DNA of 64,000 nucleotides from Haliotis rubra (taxonomy: Eukaryota), in the NCBI RefSeq assembly GCF_003918875.1, contig NW_025765548.1, positions 62,001 to 126,000 on the forward strand, in the 5' to 3' direction. Below the pieces are notes generated by a model. That model saw only the letters and a list, made by a program, of their open reading frames with translations, searched no databases and was not told the origin of the DNA. Shown one piece after another: positions 53,188 to 64,000 of the stretch; position 1 is the stretch's first letter, and every line of letters begins with the position of its first letter. A program made the position numbers and the translations under genes.

Positions 53188-53317
53188 GTTTACGGATGTC
53201 AACGTCTTTATTATGTGAAAACACAATGTTTCGGAGTGAATGCTTACACCTGACGAAGGGGTAAGCATTCACTCTGAAACAAGTTTTCACATAATAAAGG
53301 AGTTGACATCCATAAAC
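53188..53317. repeat. Long inverted repeat, Penelope-like palindrome with hammerhead-like core
   Basis: Arms of about 60 bp; CTGACGA-AGGG..CTCT-GAAAC at 53250-53280. Confidence 0.6.
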
Positions 53318-56300
53318 CTTGTCTCTACACTATTAATTTGAAATTATTTACTATTTATAATGAAAGTCACTACAGATAGGTCAAAATTACCTTCACATGT
53401 TCCTGCTGACCATCCTTGGTCATTCGTTATACGGTCTCCAGACTCATCATCAGCTTTGCTGAAAAAACAACAACATTAACACGTTACTTTTCGTTGCATT
53501 TCTCCATTCATTCATTTGAGTTTTTAAAAAACCCCAAACAATTGCAGTGACATTTATACCAACAAGCAAACTACAGATTTATCACTTTAGGTTATGCAAT
53601 CAGTAAGTGAACGGCCTGACATAAACATCCTGATGAATGGAGTTTAGTAATCTCATGTGACATAACCTTGGAGTAATTACGGTATTGTAAAATCAAGGGG
53701 TCAGTTTGACTGCAATTTCACACAGGTGTGAAGTTAAGATTTATTTGGTCCTATTTGAAATCATGATTAAGTTACCGGTTATTCAAATCCATTTGCAAAT
53801 GCAACTTTAGTATGGTTCATTTTGTGAAAATGTATCTAGGGAAGCATAATAATAAAATATTCAAAGTGAAATTATGTCTATATTTCGTAGTACCCTAAAC
53901 ACATACCTTCAATAAGAGAGGGTGATGTTTTCCTCCAGGAGTAGTCGTGACACATGTTTCCTCACAATAGCCTAAATGAATAAAACAAATCCATTAATAT
54001 ATAATCTATTTGCTATATTGTTCAAATTGTAGTATATTTTTAGATAGACTTATTTTACTTCACCATCGTTTAAAAATAGTTCGAGCAAAACTGCTTATAC
54101 AGTCATCGGACTTAAATATACGTCAGTCGGCAAAATTCTCATAGACTTGCATGCTATTTTAGTGTAGCTGTGTAATTTTCATTAATTCCGTTTTCCATAT
54201 TTGGTTGTCAAATTTTGCAGGTTGTTAGGAAATCATCTTAGTCACAGATACATAATTTCCCGCATTGTAGTTACAATTCTTTCCCCATAGACCGCCATGT
54301 TAAAAAATTGCCATAACCATGACACGCACTGAATTGAAAATAAAACGGAAATTATGTCTTTGTAGCTGAGATGATTCATGACCCATGTGCAAAATATGAA
54401 CAATATCAAACGGATATTAAATAAATTCAAGACATATGTCTAGCTGCACCAAATTAACATGTAAGTCGAATAATGCATAGGGACGAATACCCCTATGGCC
54501 AGTGGCTGTAATTCGACAGATTAGCTTGTTTACCAATCCGGATTTCTGTAAGTTAAGTAAATAATAATTCATTAAGCGTTATTTGACAACAAAATAACTT
54601 GGTCTTACCTGACAGGGTCGTGGTACTGCGAGTTTTTCGCAGACATTCCATCTCTCTTTTCCAGGTAGCGAATTCTCTCTTCCAGTGCTTTGAGGGAAAC
54701 TGAGGCGGCTATGAAAATGGCGTCTCGCAAAGACTCACGGGAAAAACACTTTGTTGTTGTTTTTTAATCTTAATCTAACATTACAGTTTGACAATATCTT
54801 TCCGCGTTATACAACAAAAACAACATACACTATACACCTAAAATGTCAGCTGTGTGTTTTTATAATGATTTAGGTAGTCTCGCGTGGACGTGATCCGGTC
54901 GCCATTGTTTTATTTGTTTACATTGCCAACATCAAAGGGACCCGTGAAAGGTGGAAATGAGCAGATTGAATGTGAGTACCCAAAGTGACAACAGTTGGCT
55001 GTTATGGGCTTAAGGGTCTTTTCATCGCATTATGGGCACTAATTGCTCCTCCTCAGTGTCAAACATCAACATGTAGGCCTAGAGATAATTAACAGTGAAT
55101 AAATCTGAAAACATATTCTTGTTACTTTAAAAGTTCTGATCGAGCTTCATGGGTCCTACTCATGAGAACTTGTGTTAGTAGCAAATAGGTGATTTTCAAA
55201 ACCCTGTCAGGAGTAGGCAATATACGAAAATATTTCTGCTGGACGTAAAACTTCATCATGTAAGTAATTTACCTATTGAGCTCAAAACATGCAAGTGTAT
55301 TAGACATGCTTATATCATGTTCATTCTTTTCAGTTCTACACCTAGATCTACGTATACTATTCCCATGTATTATAAGTTTACTTATTACTAGTTTATATGT
55401 AATGTCAGCTCAATATATCTGAGTGAGTGAGTTTAGTATTACACCGCACTCAGCAATATTCCAGCTATATGGCGGTATTTATCCAATTATACCAGTTCTT
55501 CTATTTTAGTGTTAACATATTTTATTCAAAACAAATTGGACCAGGATTGGTAAACAATGGCTTATTTGAATACCTCTCCATTCCATAGATACACTAACAA
55601 AACAAATAATAAATAGTATGCAACATGATAGGAAAGCAAGCAACTCATCTAATTTATCATTTTATAACCATTAAAACAATTATTACATATACTTTACACT
55701 CATAGCTTTGTGTAATAATTTGTGTAATCAATTATTAAACCTCTTAACCTTACAATGCATTGACACAAGTCACGTTTCTAAAAGAATATTTTTTTTCAAT
55801 TTACAGATACGTATTGTGGATCCACTGACTTGTTGGAGATTGACAAGAGGCTTGGTTTGGTAATCATTTATAGTTACACCATATCATGCTCCTTATTTCA
55901 TTAAAGGAAATCTTAAAACAATATATTCCAGGAGTAATACAGTTGAACAGAACCTTGTTGACATTTCTATTGGATTAATTGTGAATTGATGTGCACATAT
56001 TACAGATAAAATTCGGCGTAACGGCATTCATATATACATGGCTGACACTGCGTTCTCCCCAACTCATGGAGTCAACTGCTACACCGTGACAGGGAACAGG
56101 GACGGGACAAACATACCTGATGCTTTGAAGGCTAGGTGTTCTGGTAGAGGGCGCTAGTCCTGTACACTACCACTGTAAACAACGAAATCAACAACGTAAA
56201 CGTACCTATCCTGGATTTCTGTGATGTCGAGGACTGAAATGTTACATAAGCTTTTACATGCAAACGGGCAGGTAAAAAATGCTTTCTCAGCATCATTGTT

Positions 56301-57059
56301 GTCAAATATACTTCCCATCAAAATTTTAGACTCACTCAAAGCACTCACCATATGGTATGTATTTATATATGGTTACATCAAATATTGATTTCTCCAGTAA
56401 CTTGGGGGGAACCAAGTGCAGGCCTTATGCAGATGAATTGTACGAGGATCATGCATCAAATTGCTGAAAAGCATGTGCAAATATCGTGCATGGGAACAGC
56501 TGCGTTATGGTGTAAAGTTTTGTTAAGAATTCGCCAGTTTTCACTGATTTTTATCATTTATTGAACTCATGACAATAATTTTTTTCAACGTTACGAATGT
56601 GTTTTACAATGCATCAGTTCATTTGTAAACAATACCTTTAAACTGAATGGTATATTTTGTAAAATTTAGTTTAGAACAGTTGACTGAAGTAAGTGGCTAT
56701 ATTTACACTAGTGAGTCTAACCTTTTGATAGGGAGTATATGTTAGTTTGTTAGTTATGAAAATTCCCCCTGTAGGTATGATTTACGCGCCATTACTACAG
56801 TGCGGCAATACATGTATGCTTGAATTACTTTTACAATAGGGACTCGCGCCTTCAATCAACTAATCACGCCATGCCTTTAATAGTATGTGGCCCTGGTACT
56901 TTCGGTGCTGACTGTGACGACTACTGCCACTGTGACGTCAATGTGTGTGACTACGTCAGCGGCGTCTGTCCAAGTGGAGTCTGTCTGCCAGGCTTTCAAA
57001 CAGAAAGGTGTGACACAGGTGGGTAGTTTTGTTCATGTAACATATGTTATAGATGTCAT

Positions 57060-57548
57060 GGGGCATGGTGGGCGAGCTGGCTAAGGCGCCAGACTAGTGA
57101 TCCAGCGAGCTTGAGGTGTCCGGATCGAGCCCACCTGTGACTGGGTGTAAATACCTTGGAGTCAGACGCTTTCAGTGTTGTCGCAATCCTCAGTGTACTT
57201 TACACAACCCTGTGGACTTAAAAGAACCCACGAATCCGTTGGTATATGTCCAGATGGTGGTCACGTGAATACGTGCAAACGCCCAATTGCGGGGACAGCA
57301 ACAAGCAGTAAACTTGGACAAAGTACTGTGACCATGTTTCCAAGTCCACCAAGCTGTGAATGGGTACCTCGCAAGGATGGGAAAGCAGCAATAACTCGGT
57401 GCGCCTGCAACAGTTGTATGATCCCCGGGGAGCTGAGATTGATAATACGATGAGCCGTTGAGATTGACATCCAGTGATTGAGGGGAAAAAAATATCAGCG
57501 CCTTGAGCGTGTACTAGTTGCGTGGATATGTGCGCTTTACGAATATCC
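57060..57548 (+). mobile_element. Long tRNA-derived SINE with CORE-like segment and L2-like tail
   Basis: tRNA-like head; CTTGGACAAAG..GTCCACCAAGCTGTGAATGGGTACC; tail AGCGCCTTGAGC..GCGCTTTAC. Confidence 0.6.
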
Positions 57549-58170
57549 TATGATAATGTCATTGATACGACAGAGTTACTTCCGTTTGGCTGTTTTCCGA
57601 ACCTAGTTTACAAGTTCGCTTTCTATCGGCTGAACTGATTCAGCTAAACCAATCACGCCTAGTCTTACTACGCTCCAGCAATACTTGTCTAATGGCGGTT
57701 AACTAAAATGTTACGAACATTTCTCGTCTTGCCGCAGGACTGGCTACTTTTTTGGACAGCCAGTCTTTGCACAAATAAGATTTTTAAACTATTTATACAC
57801 TGATAATACATATAATTTCAGACTTGAACAAGTTACAAGTTTAAAAGTTTTTTACAAATATTCAAAAGAATCAAAGGCAGGAGGTAACTGGGATTAGAAA
57901 TATGGGTTGTTTCACTGAACATGAAAAACGTTATGTTTTCAGCTTGTATCTATGGCAGTTATGGAACAAACTGCAATCAGAAGTGTTCAGACAGGAATTG
58001 CAAAGGGCGACAACTCTAGCTGTGACAGATCCACGGGGGAGTGTGTTGGCGGCTGCAAGGCAGGGTGGAATGGCATAGACTGCACACAGAGTAAGAACCC
58101 GAGTTTAATGAAAGTATTTCCAATAAATTTAACCTTATCGATCAGGCTGGTGTGTTCTCCAAGTACCTCA

Positions 58171-58337
58171 AGTGAGTGAGGGAGTATGGTTTTACGTCGC
58201 TTTTAGCAATATTCCAGGAATATTAAGACGGGGGACAACAGAAACGGGCTTCACACATTGTACCCATGTGAGGAATCGAACCCGGGTCTTCGGTGAGACG
58301 AGTGAACGCTTTAACCACTCGGCCGCCCTACTGCCCC
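58171..58337 (-). mobile_element. SINE family A copy
   Basis: Reverse-oriented full copy. Confidence 0.85.
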
Positions 58338-58702
58338 TCAAGTACATCAAACGCGACAAGCACCCAACCTCAGATGAAGTGTTTATAATCAGATTTTACA
58401 TGTTCCCTCTCTGCTATTGTGTTGATCAAATCGTTTCAGAGTGCGTATTTACCTACGGAGACAACTGTGCTCGCCTGTGCTCTGCCAGAAACTGCAGTGG
58501 AACGTCGTCATCCAGCTGTGATCACGTGACAGGGAAGTGTGACGGAGGCTGTAAGCCCGGCTGGAAGGGCAATGACTGTAGAACAGGTTAGGTTCGATCT
58601 TTGGTCTTGGATAAAATCCTTTCTAGTCTACCCACTTTATCACACTGTTGATGCAAATTGAAAAAAAGCTAAAGGAGACATCAGTAGAAGCAGGACTCAA
58701 CT

Positions 58703-58902
58703 GTGAGTGTGTGAGTTTACGCAGCCCTCAGCAATATTCCAGCAATATGGCAGCGGGCTGTAAATAATCGAGTCTGTGCCAGACAATCCAGCATGAGCAT
58801 ACGATGACATGTGTCAACCAAGTCACCACCCGATCACGTTAGTCGCCTCTTACGACAAGCATGGGTTGCTGAAGATCAATTCTAACCCGGATCTTCACGG
58901 GT
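58703..58902 (-). mobile_element. SINE-like family B copy
   Basis: Reverse complement of the 20917 family. Confidence 0.8.
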
Positions 58903-58986
58903 CAAACCATCTGTTAGTATGTGAACAGTATTTCAGCCATATAAAGGCTAATGCAAGTTAGGAATTGATAACACATAAAGGGTCTA

Positions 58987-59350
58987 AAACGTGTCGACAC
59001 ATAACAGTAAAGGAACGTCACATGTATATAGGTAGACATACATACTGGCAGGTTACAATATTGTTGGGCCCATTTGCAAGATGCTCGTGGAATAAGTATG
59101 TAAAGAAAAGACACCTCCACCCCCCCTCCCCACCAAGAGGGACACCCACCCCACCCAGACTCACACACCCACACAACCAAAAAACGAAAAACGTGTCGAC
59201 ACATAACAGTAAAGGAACGTCACATGTATAAAGGTAGACATACATACTGGCAGGTTACAATGTTGGGCATATTTGCAAGATGCCCGTGGAATAAGTATGT
59301 AAAGAGAAGACACCTTCACCCCCACCCCACCCAGACACACATAACCAAAA
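58987..59350. repeat. Direct tandem duplication of about 200 bp
   Basis: AAAACGTGTCGACACATAACAGTAAAGGAACG.. occurs at 58987 and 59188. Confidence 0.9.
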
Positions 59351-60577
59351 AAAAAGAAAAAGACCTAACCTAACCAAAGCTATTACTAAGGCAAATGTAG
59401 ACTACGTTCTCCAGCTCCAACAACACCATGAGCATATATTTACACGGGTCACTGTCTCGTAGGTATGTTAGATGGAGTTCTCAATGAGGTGAGCATATCC
59501 TTCCCTGTCCCCCACAAACAAGTCCAAAGGCAAACCAAGTAAATCATGTATACTTACATGGAAGGCTAAAGGCAGTTTCTTTACATGCAGTGTGCACCCA
59601 GGGGTTAGAATACGGAGCTGACTGTGTGGGTAACTGCTGTGCCCGGATGTGTGAAGGAGGGTCGGGCATCTGTCCCAAAGATACAGGACGGTGTGACTCT
59701 GGCTGTGAGTCGGGGGTGGCAGGGTGAAGACTGTTCACAGGGTAAGAGTCAACAACAATTTGTATCAAACCTGCTACGGGTTCTTAAAGAAAGCATCGAA
59801 ACTATGTTTGGTTTGACTAGGAACTTGTTCATGCAATGCATTTATTCCAAAATATATGTCAGATTGTAACAGTAATAATATTCAGACTAAAAGTAGTTAT
59901 AATGTGTTAAACACAAATAAACGTTTCCTTACATACGGCTTCTGTCACGTCAGACACGGCTACTTGGAACAATGTGAAGATCTAACATTGCGGGAATCAC
60001 GAAACATGAAGGATGCTAAAAAAGTGGATGATTGCTTTTCTACTGATTGATCAGTGTGGTAAAGTCCACTTCAAGTCCACTGAAAATCAAAAGGTGTCAC
60101 TTATAAATATCCAGTGGTCACCGTTTACCGTACTTTGACGGCATAGGACATGTTTAATAATATTTACTACTTTCTCTTACCCATCTCCATAATTTACATA
60201 TTTGTTTAAATATTCCCAACTGCAAGCTAACACAACATTTAATAACTTGCTATCCTCGACACAAATTCCTACATTCAGAGTACATTTTGATAGGTCGGTA
60301 CATGTATGATGTGCTAAATGAATATCATAGAACACATTGCAATAACAATATCCGCATCTTTCGTGTTACAAATGTAATGTGTAGATGTTTATTCACCAGT
60401 CTGTAGTCTTGGTTCATTCGGTGTCAACTGTACTGGGGAATGTGGAGAATGTCGTGACGCCAGCGATTGTCACAATGTCAACGGAACCTGCCTCATGGCA
60501 TGCAGCGATGGGTGGACTCACCACACATGTACACAAAGTAAAATGCTCAATATTTCTTCAGTCCTTCAATCACACTG

Positions 60578-60735
60578 CCTGACTGACTGAGTTTAGTTTT
60601 GCGCCGCTTTTAGCAATATCACGGCCGGGGACACCAGATATGGGCTTCACACAGTGTGCCCATGTGGGGAATCGAACCCGGGTCTTCGCAGTGACGAGCC
60701 AACGCTTTAACCACTAGGCTACCCCAACGCCTACT
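60578..60735 (-). mobile_element. SINE family A copy
   Basis: Reverse-oriented copy; flanking TTCAATCACA duplication. Confidence 0.85.
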
Positions 60736-61664
60736 TTCAATCACATGACCCACCATGGCATTTATTACATCGTGTAATAAGATGTATATAGTTTTACGAC
60801 ATTCGTGGGGTCGCTTTCGCCTCTGGTACAGCTGTGCCTTTCGTAAGTGAGTGTGTAAGAAAAGGTCTGTCGTGCATCTGACTTGTTCACAGACAGACCT
60901 AGCTTGTCATTAAATCATCATTTGTGTAGTAATTGGAACCATCACGTACTATAACATGATTACATGCTAATAGGCGGACATTTTCCCCGTGCATGGCAAG
61001 GGTCAATATTCATGTATATGACAAGCGTCAATATCATTTCTTCAAACTACTATCCAAATTACTTTACAGTCATCGAATAACCTCGAAATACTTGCAAACA
61101 TGTTCAACTAATTAGAGTTGATATTCAGTTACTGCCAGCTGAACATAGCACATACTCTATAATTTAGCATATCCTTCAGTAACACTGTCACCACTATTTT
61201 CCTTTCAAATGAAAATATTCCATTGACAATATGGTTATCGTAGGACACGTGTCATCCGACTCACACGAAAACTATGTTTCTCTACATTCTGATAACCAGC
61301 AGCGCAGTGAAGAAGTGAATAAGCAAGGAATGCCTTGTTCTTCTAAGACTATGGTGTTATTAATTAATCTTTAATGTCTGCAACTGTGTACAAATGTGTT
61401 ATATAATGCTGAAGATAGATGTTCTTGCTTCTCTTCTGGTTGAAACACCATCGTCCAATGTAGGCGTCATAGCGGGCTCTGTAGGTTCCAGCTTTCTTGT
61501 AGCAGCCATTGTTGTTACGGTCGTTGTCTTACTCAGGTACGAAGGACATCTTGATATAGTATATGAATTGTGACAATTAATAATGCTTTCACTTGACTAT
61601 TTATACTAGCGAAACATCGTGGATAATGCCATATAATTTTGGTCTTTGTCACAGTTCACACGAC

Positions 61665-61876
61665 ACTTTAGAATTGATCTTCAGTAATACGTGCTTGTCA
61701 TAAGAGGCGACTAACGGGTCGGGTGGTCAGACTCGCTGACTTGGTTGACACATGGCATCGTATCCCAATTGCGCAGATCGATGCTCATGCTGATGATCAC
61801 TGGATTGTCTGGTCCCGACGGGATTATTTACAGACCGCCGCCATGCAGCTGAAATATTGAATATCACTCACTCACT
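61665..61876 (+). mobile_element. SINE-like family B copy
   Basis: Homologous to 20917-21162. Confidence 0.8.
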
Positions 61877-62834
61877 AACTGCTAATGAAAGCATGCACGA
61901 GTGTGCATGGATACGACTTTCCTAGTCATACATTATTAATTTGAATCATAAGGGGTTATGTGCCTCGTAGGTACCTCTAGATTGTATGTATAATCAAACA
62001 AAGTGTGATTAAGTGATTAATGTTTTGAAGCCGCACCAATACCAAGCAATATATCTGGCCCATATCAAACATCACATGGATTTTTAGACAATAAGGTAAC
62101 GGTTAGCTATTCTGGTTCTACAATGAGGCCATTACATGTGTGGGTTATACAATACCATGTTTGTTTCTCTATGCACACAATAAATTGTACTAATGCATTT
62201 CGTTCTTATACGAAGACGGCGGAGATATCCACACTCAACGAAAACAAATAAACATGCAGATATATCCCAAGAGCAAACATGTCCGTATAAAGGAATAACA
62301 GAGAATCACATTGAACTGTCATGGATATGAGTAATTATGTGGGTTATTCATCATTGCTTAAACCAGATCTGGTATACTTTATGACTTATTTGTTATATTA
62401 TGATGCAACGTTTCGGTATACATTCTTTTTGTACAATGGCATAGAATCTAAACCGAAATGTCAAATCATAACATTATAAAGAAGTTGTCATCTATAAAGC
62501 ATCTTCCGTTTCTTATCAGTTGAAAACTAAACTGCAATTCAAAAGATCATATGCCTTAGTACATGTAGAAGTTGCAATCAACACCACCAGCACATTCCCT
62601 TCAGTCATATGTTATATATTGTATATATGTATATAATTGTGTCGATTGACTTTAATGAGTTAAAAAATTCACTTCAAATGTGGACTACCTATTGGACCAG
62701 GCTCTGACTGAAGATAAGGTCGATGTGTTTGGTTGTGTCTCAAAGATGAGAGACCAGAGAAAGGGCATGATACAGACAAAGGTAAGAGTTTCATCTCAAT
62801 GTAAATGTTCATTTTTGCACCGATGTTCTATATA

Positions 62835-63516
62835 TAGTATGACCAGAAATTATTGAGAATTTTAGGAATATGTTTAACTGGATTTCTAGTATAAACAACC
62901 TTGACCAGTTATCAAGTGTTTGGTTTCATTCAAGAGAGACAACTCCGTTAATCCTTTTTCATTAGTTTGTGAAGAGTTACCCCCCTTTGTTTACTTGCTA
63001 TCAGACGACAATTTCAGTGATCCTCAGTACGGATGATTTAGAGAAGAGGAAGTTTATTTTAGAGTATTATAACAAGGACATCAGATCAGCTAAAGTGATT
63101 TCAAGTAGAACAGGCATCCCTTTGTCAACTGTTTATCGTGTTTTGAAACATATTGCAAATGGATATGGCATTGAGCACCAGAGAGGCACAGATATGCCCA
63201 GAAAATTGACTGTCGTTGACAGGAGGCAGCTTGGTATTGGGACTTATGAAGGAAAGGGGCAATAAGAAAAATCTGACAAATATTGCTGAAATGAAAGAAG
63301 AGGTGGTCCGATATTGGAACAGCTAGACCCACGACTTTCTAACTTCTTTGAACAGTAGTATGCCCCGCCGCATTGAAGCCTGCATTGCTGCCCATTGTGA
63401 CTTGACAAAATACAAACTGTTCACCTGTCTTTGAATCTGGAGTTATGTTATGCTAATATTCACATTTAATACGTGAGTTACAATCTTTAAATTCTTAATG
63501 ATTTCTGGTTGTACTG
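62835..63516 (+). mobile_element. Internally deleted Tc1/mariner element
   Basis: TIRs TAGTATGACCAGAAATTATTGAGAA / TTCTTAATGATTTCTGGTTGTACTG, TA flanks; HTH ISSRTGIPLSTVYRVLK and C-terminal SMPRRIEACIAA. Confidence 0.8.
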
Positions 63517-64000
63517 TAAGAATGCATATGAAGCAAACAGTCCACAGAAGAACTTTATGTCTCACATTTGCATAAACTCACGAATGTCAACGGTCGTTTT
63601 ATTATTACTTCAAGACCAGTACAAATGTGTTTACATGACCTTGCAAGAGGCTCTGGAGTTTTGAAACACAACCATGGACATGCAGGAGTTCAATCAAAAT
63701 CGAAGTGGGAACAGAACCTTCAAGATGGCACGCATAGAACCCACACAGTTAATACAGGTAGAGGCAAAACATTGAAATAATATACTACGGAAAATTCCCT
63801 GAAGTATTATGATAATTATAAAATTCTTTGTTTCCTGTACTGTAAAAAACGTATACCTTTCTCAATATCTTTTAGATCCTGAATGCGAAAAGAGAGTTCC
63901 CAAGAAAAGGTAAGCAAATGTAGCGTTCCCTTGTAAATACATACCACTTGGTTTAACAGTTCTATTCCGTTCCATACCATCGATGCAGAAAACCTGAAGT

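Larger units (their letters stand above)
51233..54750 (-). mobile_element. CACTA/EnSpm-like DNA transposon relic carrying a decayed spliced gene
   Basis: Terminus CACAGCAAAAAA followed by GTTTCC/GGAAAC-rich subterminal repeats; minus-strand exon-like blocks at 54609-54712, 53907-53971, 53391-53458, 52301-52607; second terminus not found. Confidence 0.5.
56006..63909 (+). pseudogene. Gene E: FTP-5xEGF-TM-(truncated PTP) receptor paralog, disrupted, continues off the right edge
   Basis: Exons: 56006 to about 56232 (FTP C-half, RNGIHIY..CSGRGR/VLYTT..PILDFCDVE, frameshift), 56884-57018, 57943-58090 (+1), 58440-58586, 59591-59741 (+1), 60400-60537 (EGF), 61419-61536 (TM VGVIAGSVGSSFLVAAIVVTVVVLL), 62216-62280, about 62680-62781 (DYLLDQAL..VDVFGCVSKMRDQRKGMIQTK), 63614-63757 (DQYKCVY..EALEF*), 63876-63909. 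Confidence 0.8.

Overview
Eukaryotic genomic DNA: AT-rich, with GT-AG introns and dense SINE/LINE/Tc1 insertions. The gene families and repeats suggest a mollusc, probably a gastropod such as abalone (inference). The window is a cluster of paralogous single-pass receptor genes with the architecture signal peptide - EGF - F-type (fucolectin/FTP) lectin domain - several MEGF-type EGF repeats - TM - PTP D1 - degenerate PTP D2, ending in YANL/YANI. Reconstructed by hand: gene A (- strand, 10179 to 1018, runs off the left edge, intact so far). Gene B (- strand, 44166-19386, about 24 exons, frameshifts, catalytic exons lost at a LINE insertion). Locus C (+, 46617-48028), a short EGF-TM pseudogene. 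Locus D (-, 49470-51155), an orphan block of four D2 exons. Gene E (+, 56006 to beyond 63909), damaged and also missing the P-loop; D and E may be halves of one gene split by an inversion. Differences between the lectin domains of A and B concentrate in the predicted ligand-binding loops. Interspersed elements: a near full-length APE-RT LINE whose ORF1 carries a 2A-like sequence (GVEPNPGP), further LINE fragments, several Tc1 relics, a pogo/Tigger relic, a Crypton relic, a CACTA-like element with a decayed spliced gene, MITE hairpins, Penelope-like palindromes with hammerhead-like cores, and three retroposon families sharing a (TCAC)n tail. All calls come from reading the sequence; no database searches were run.
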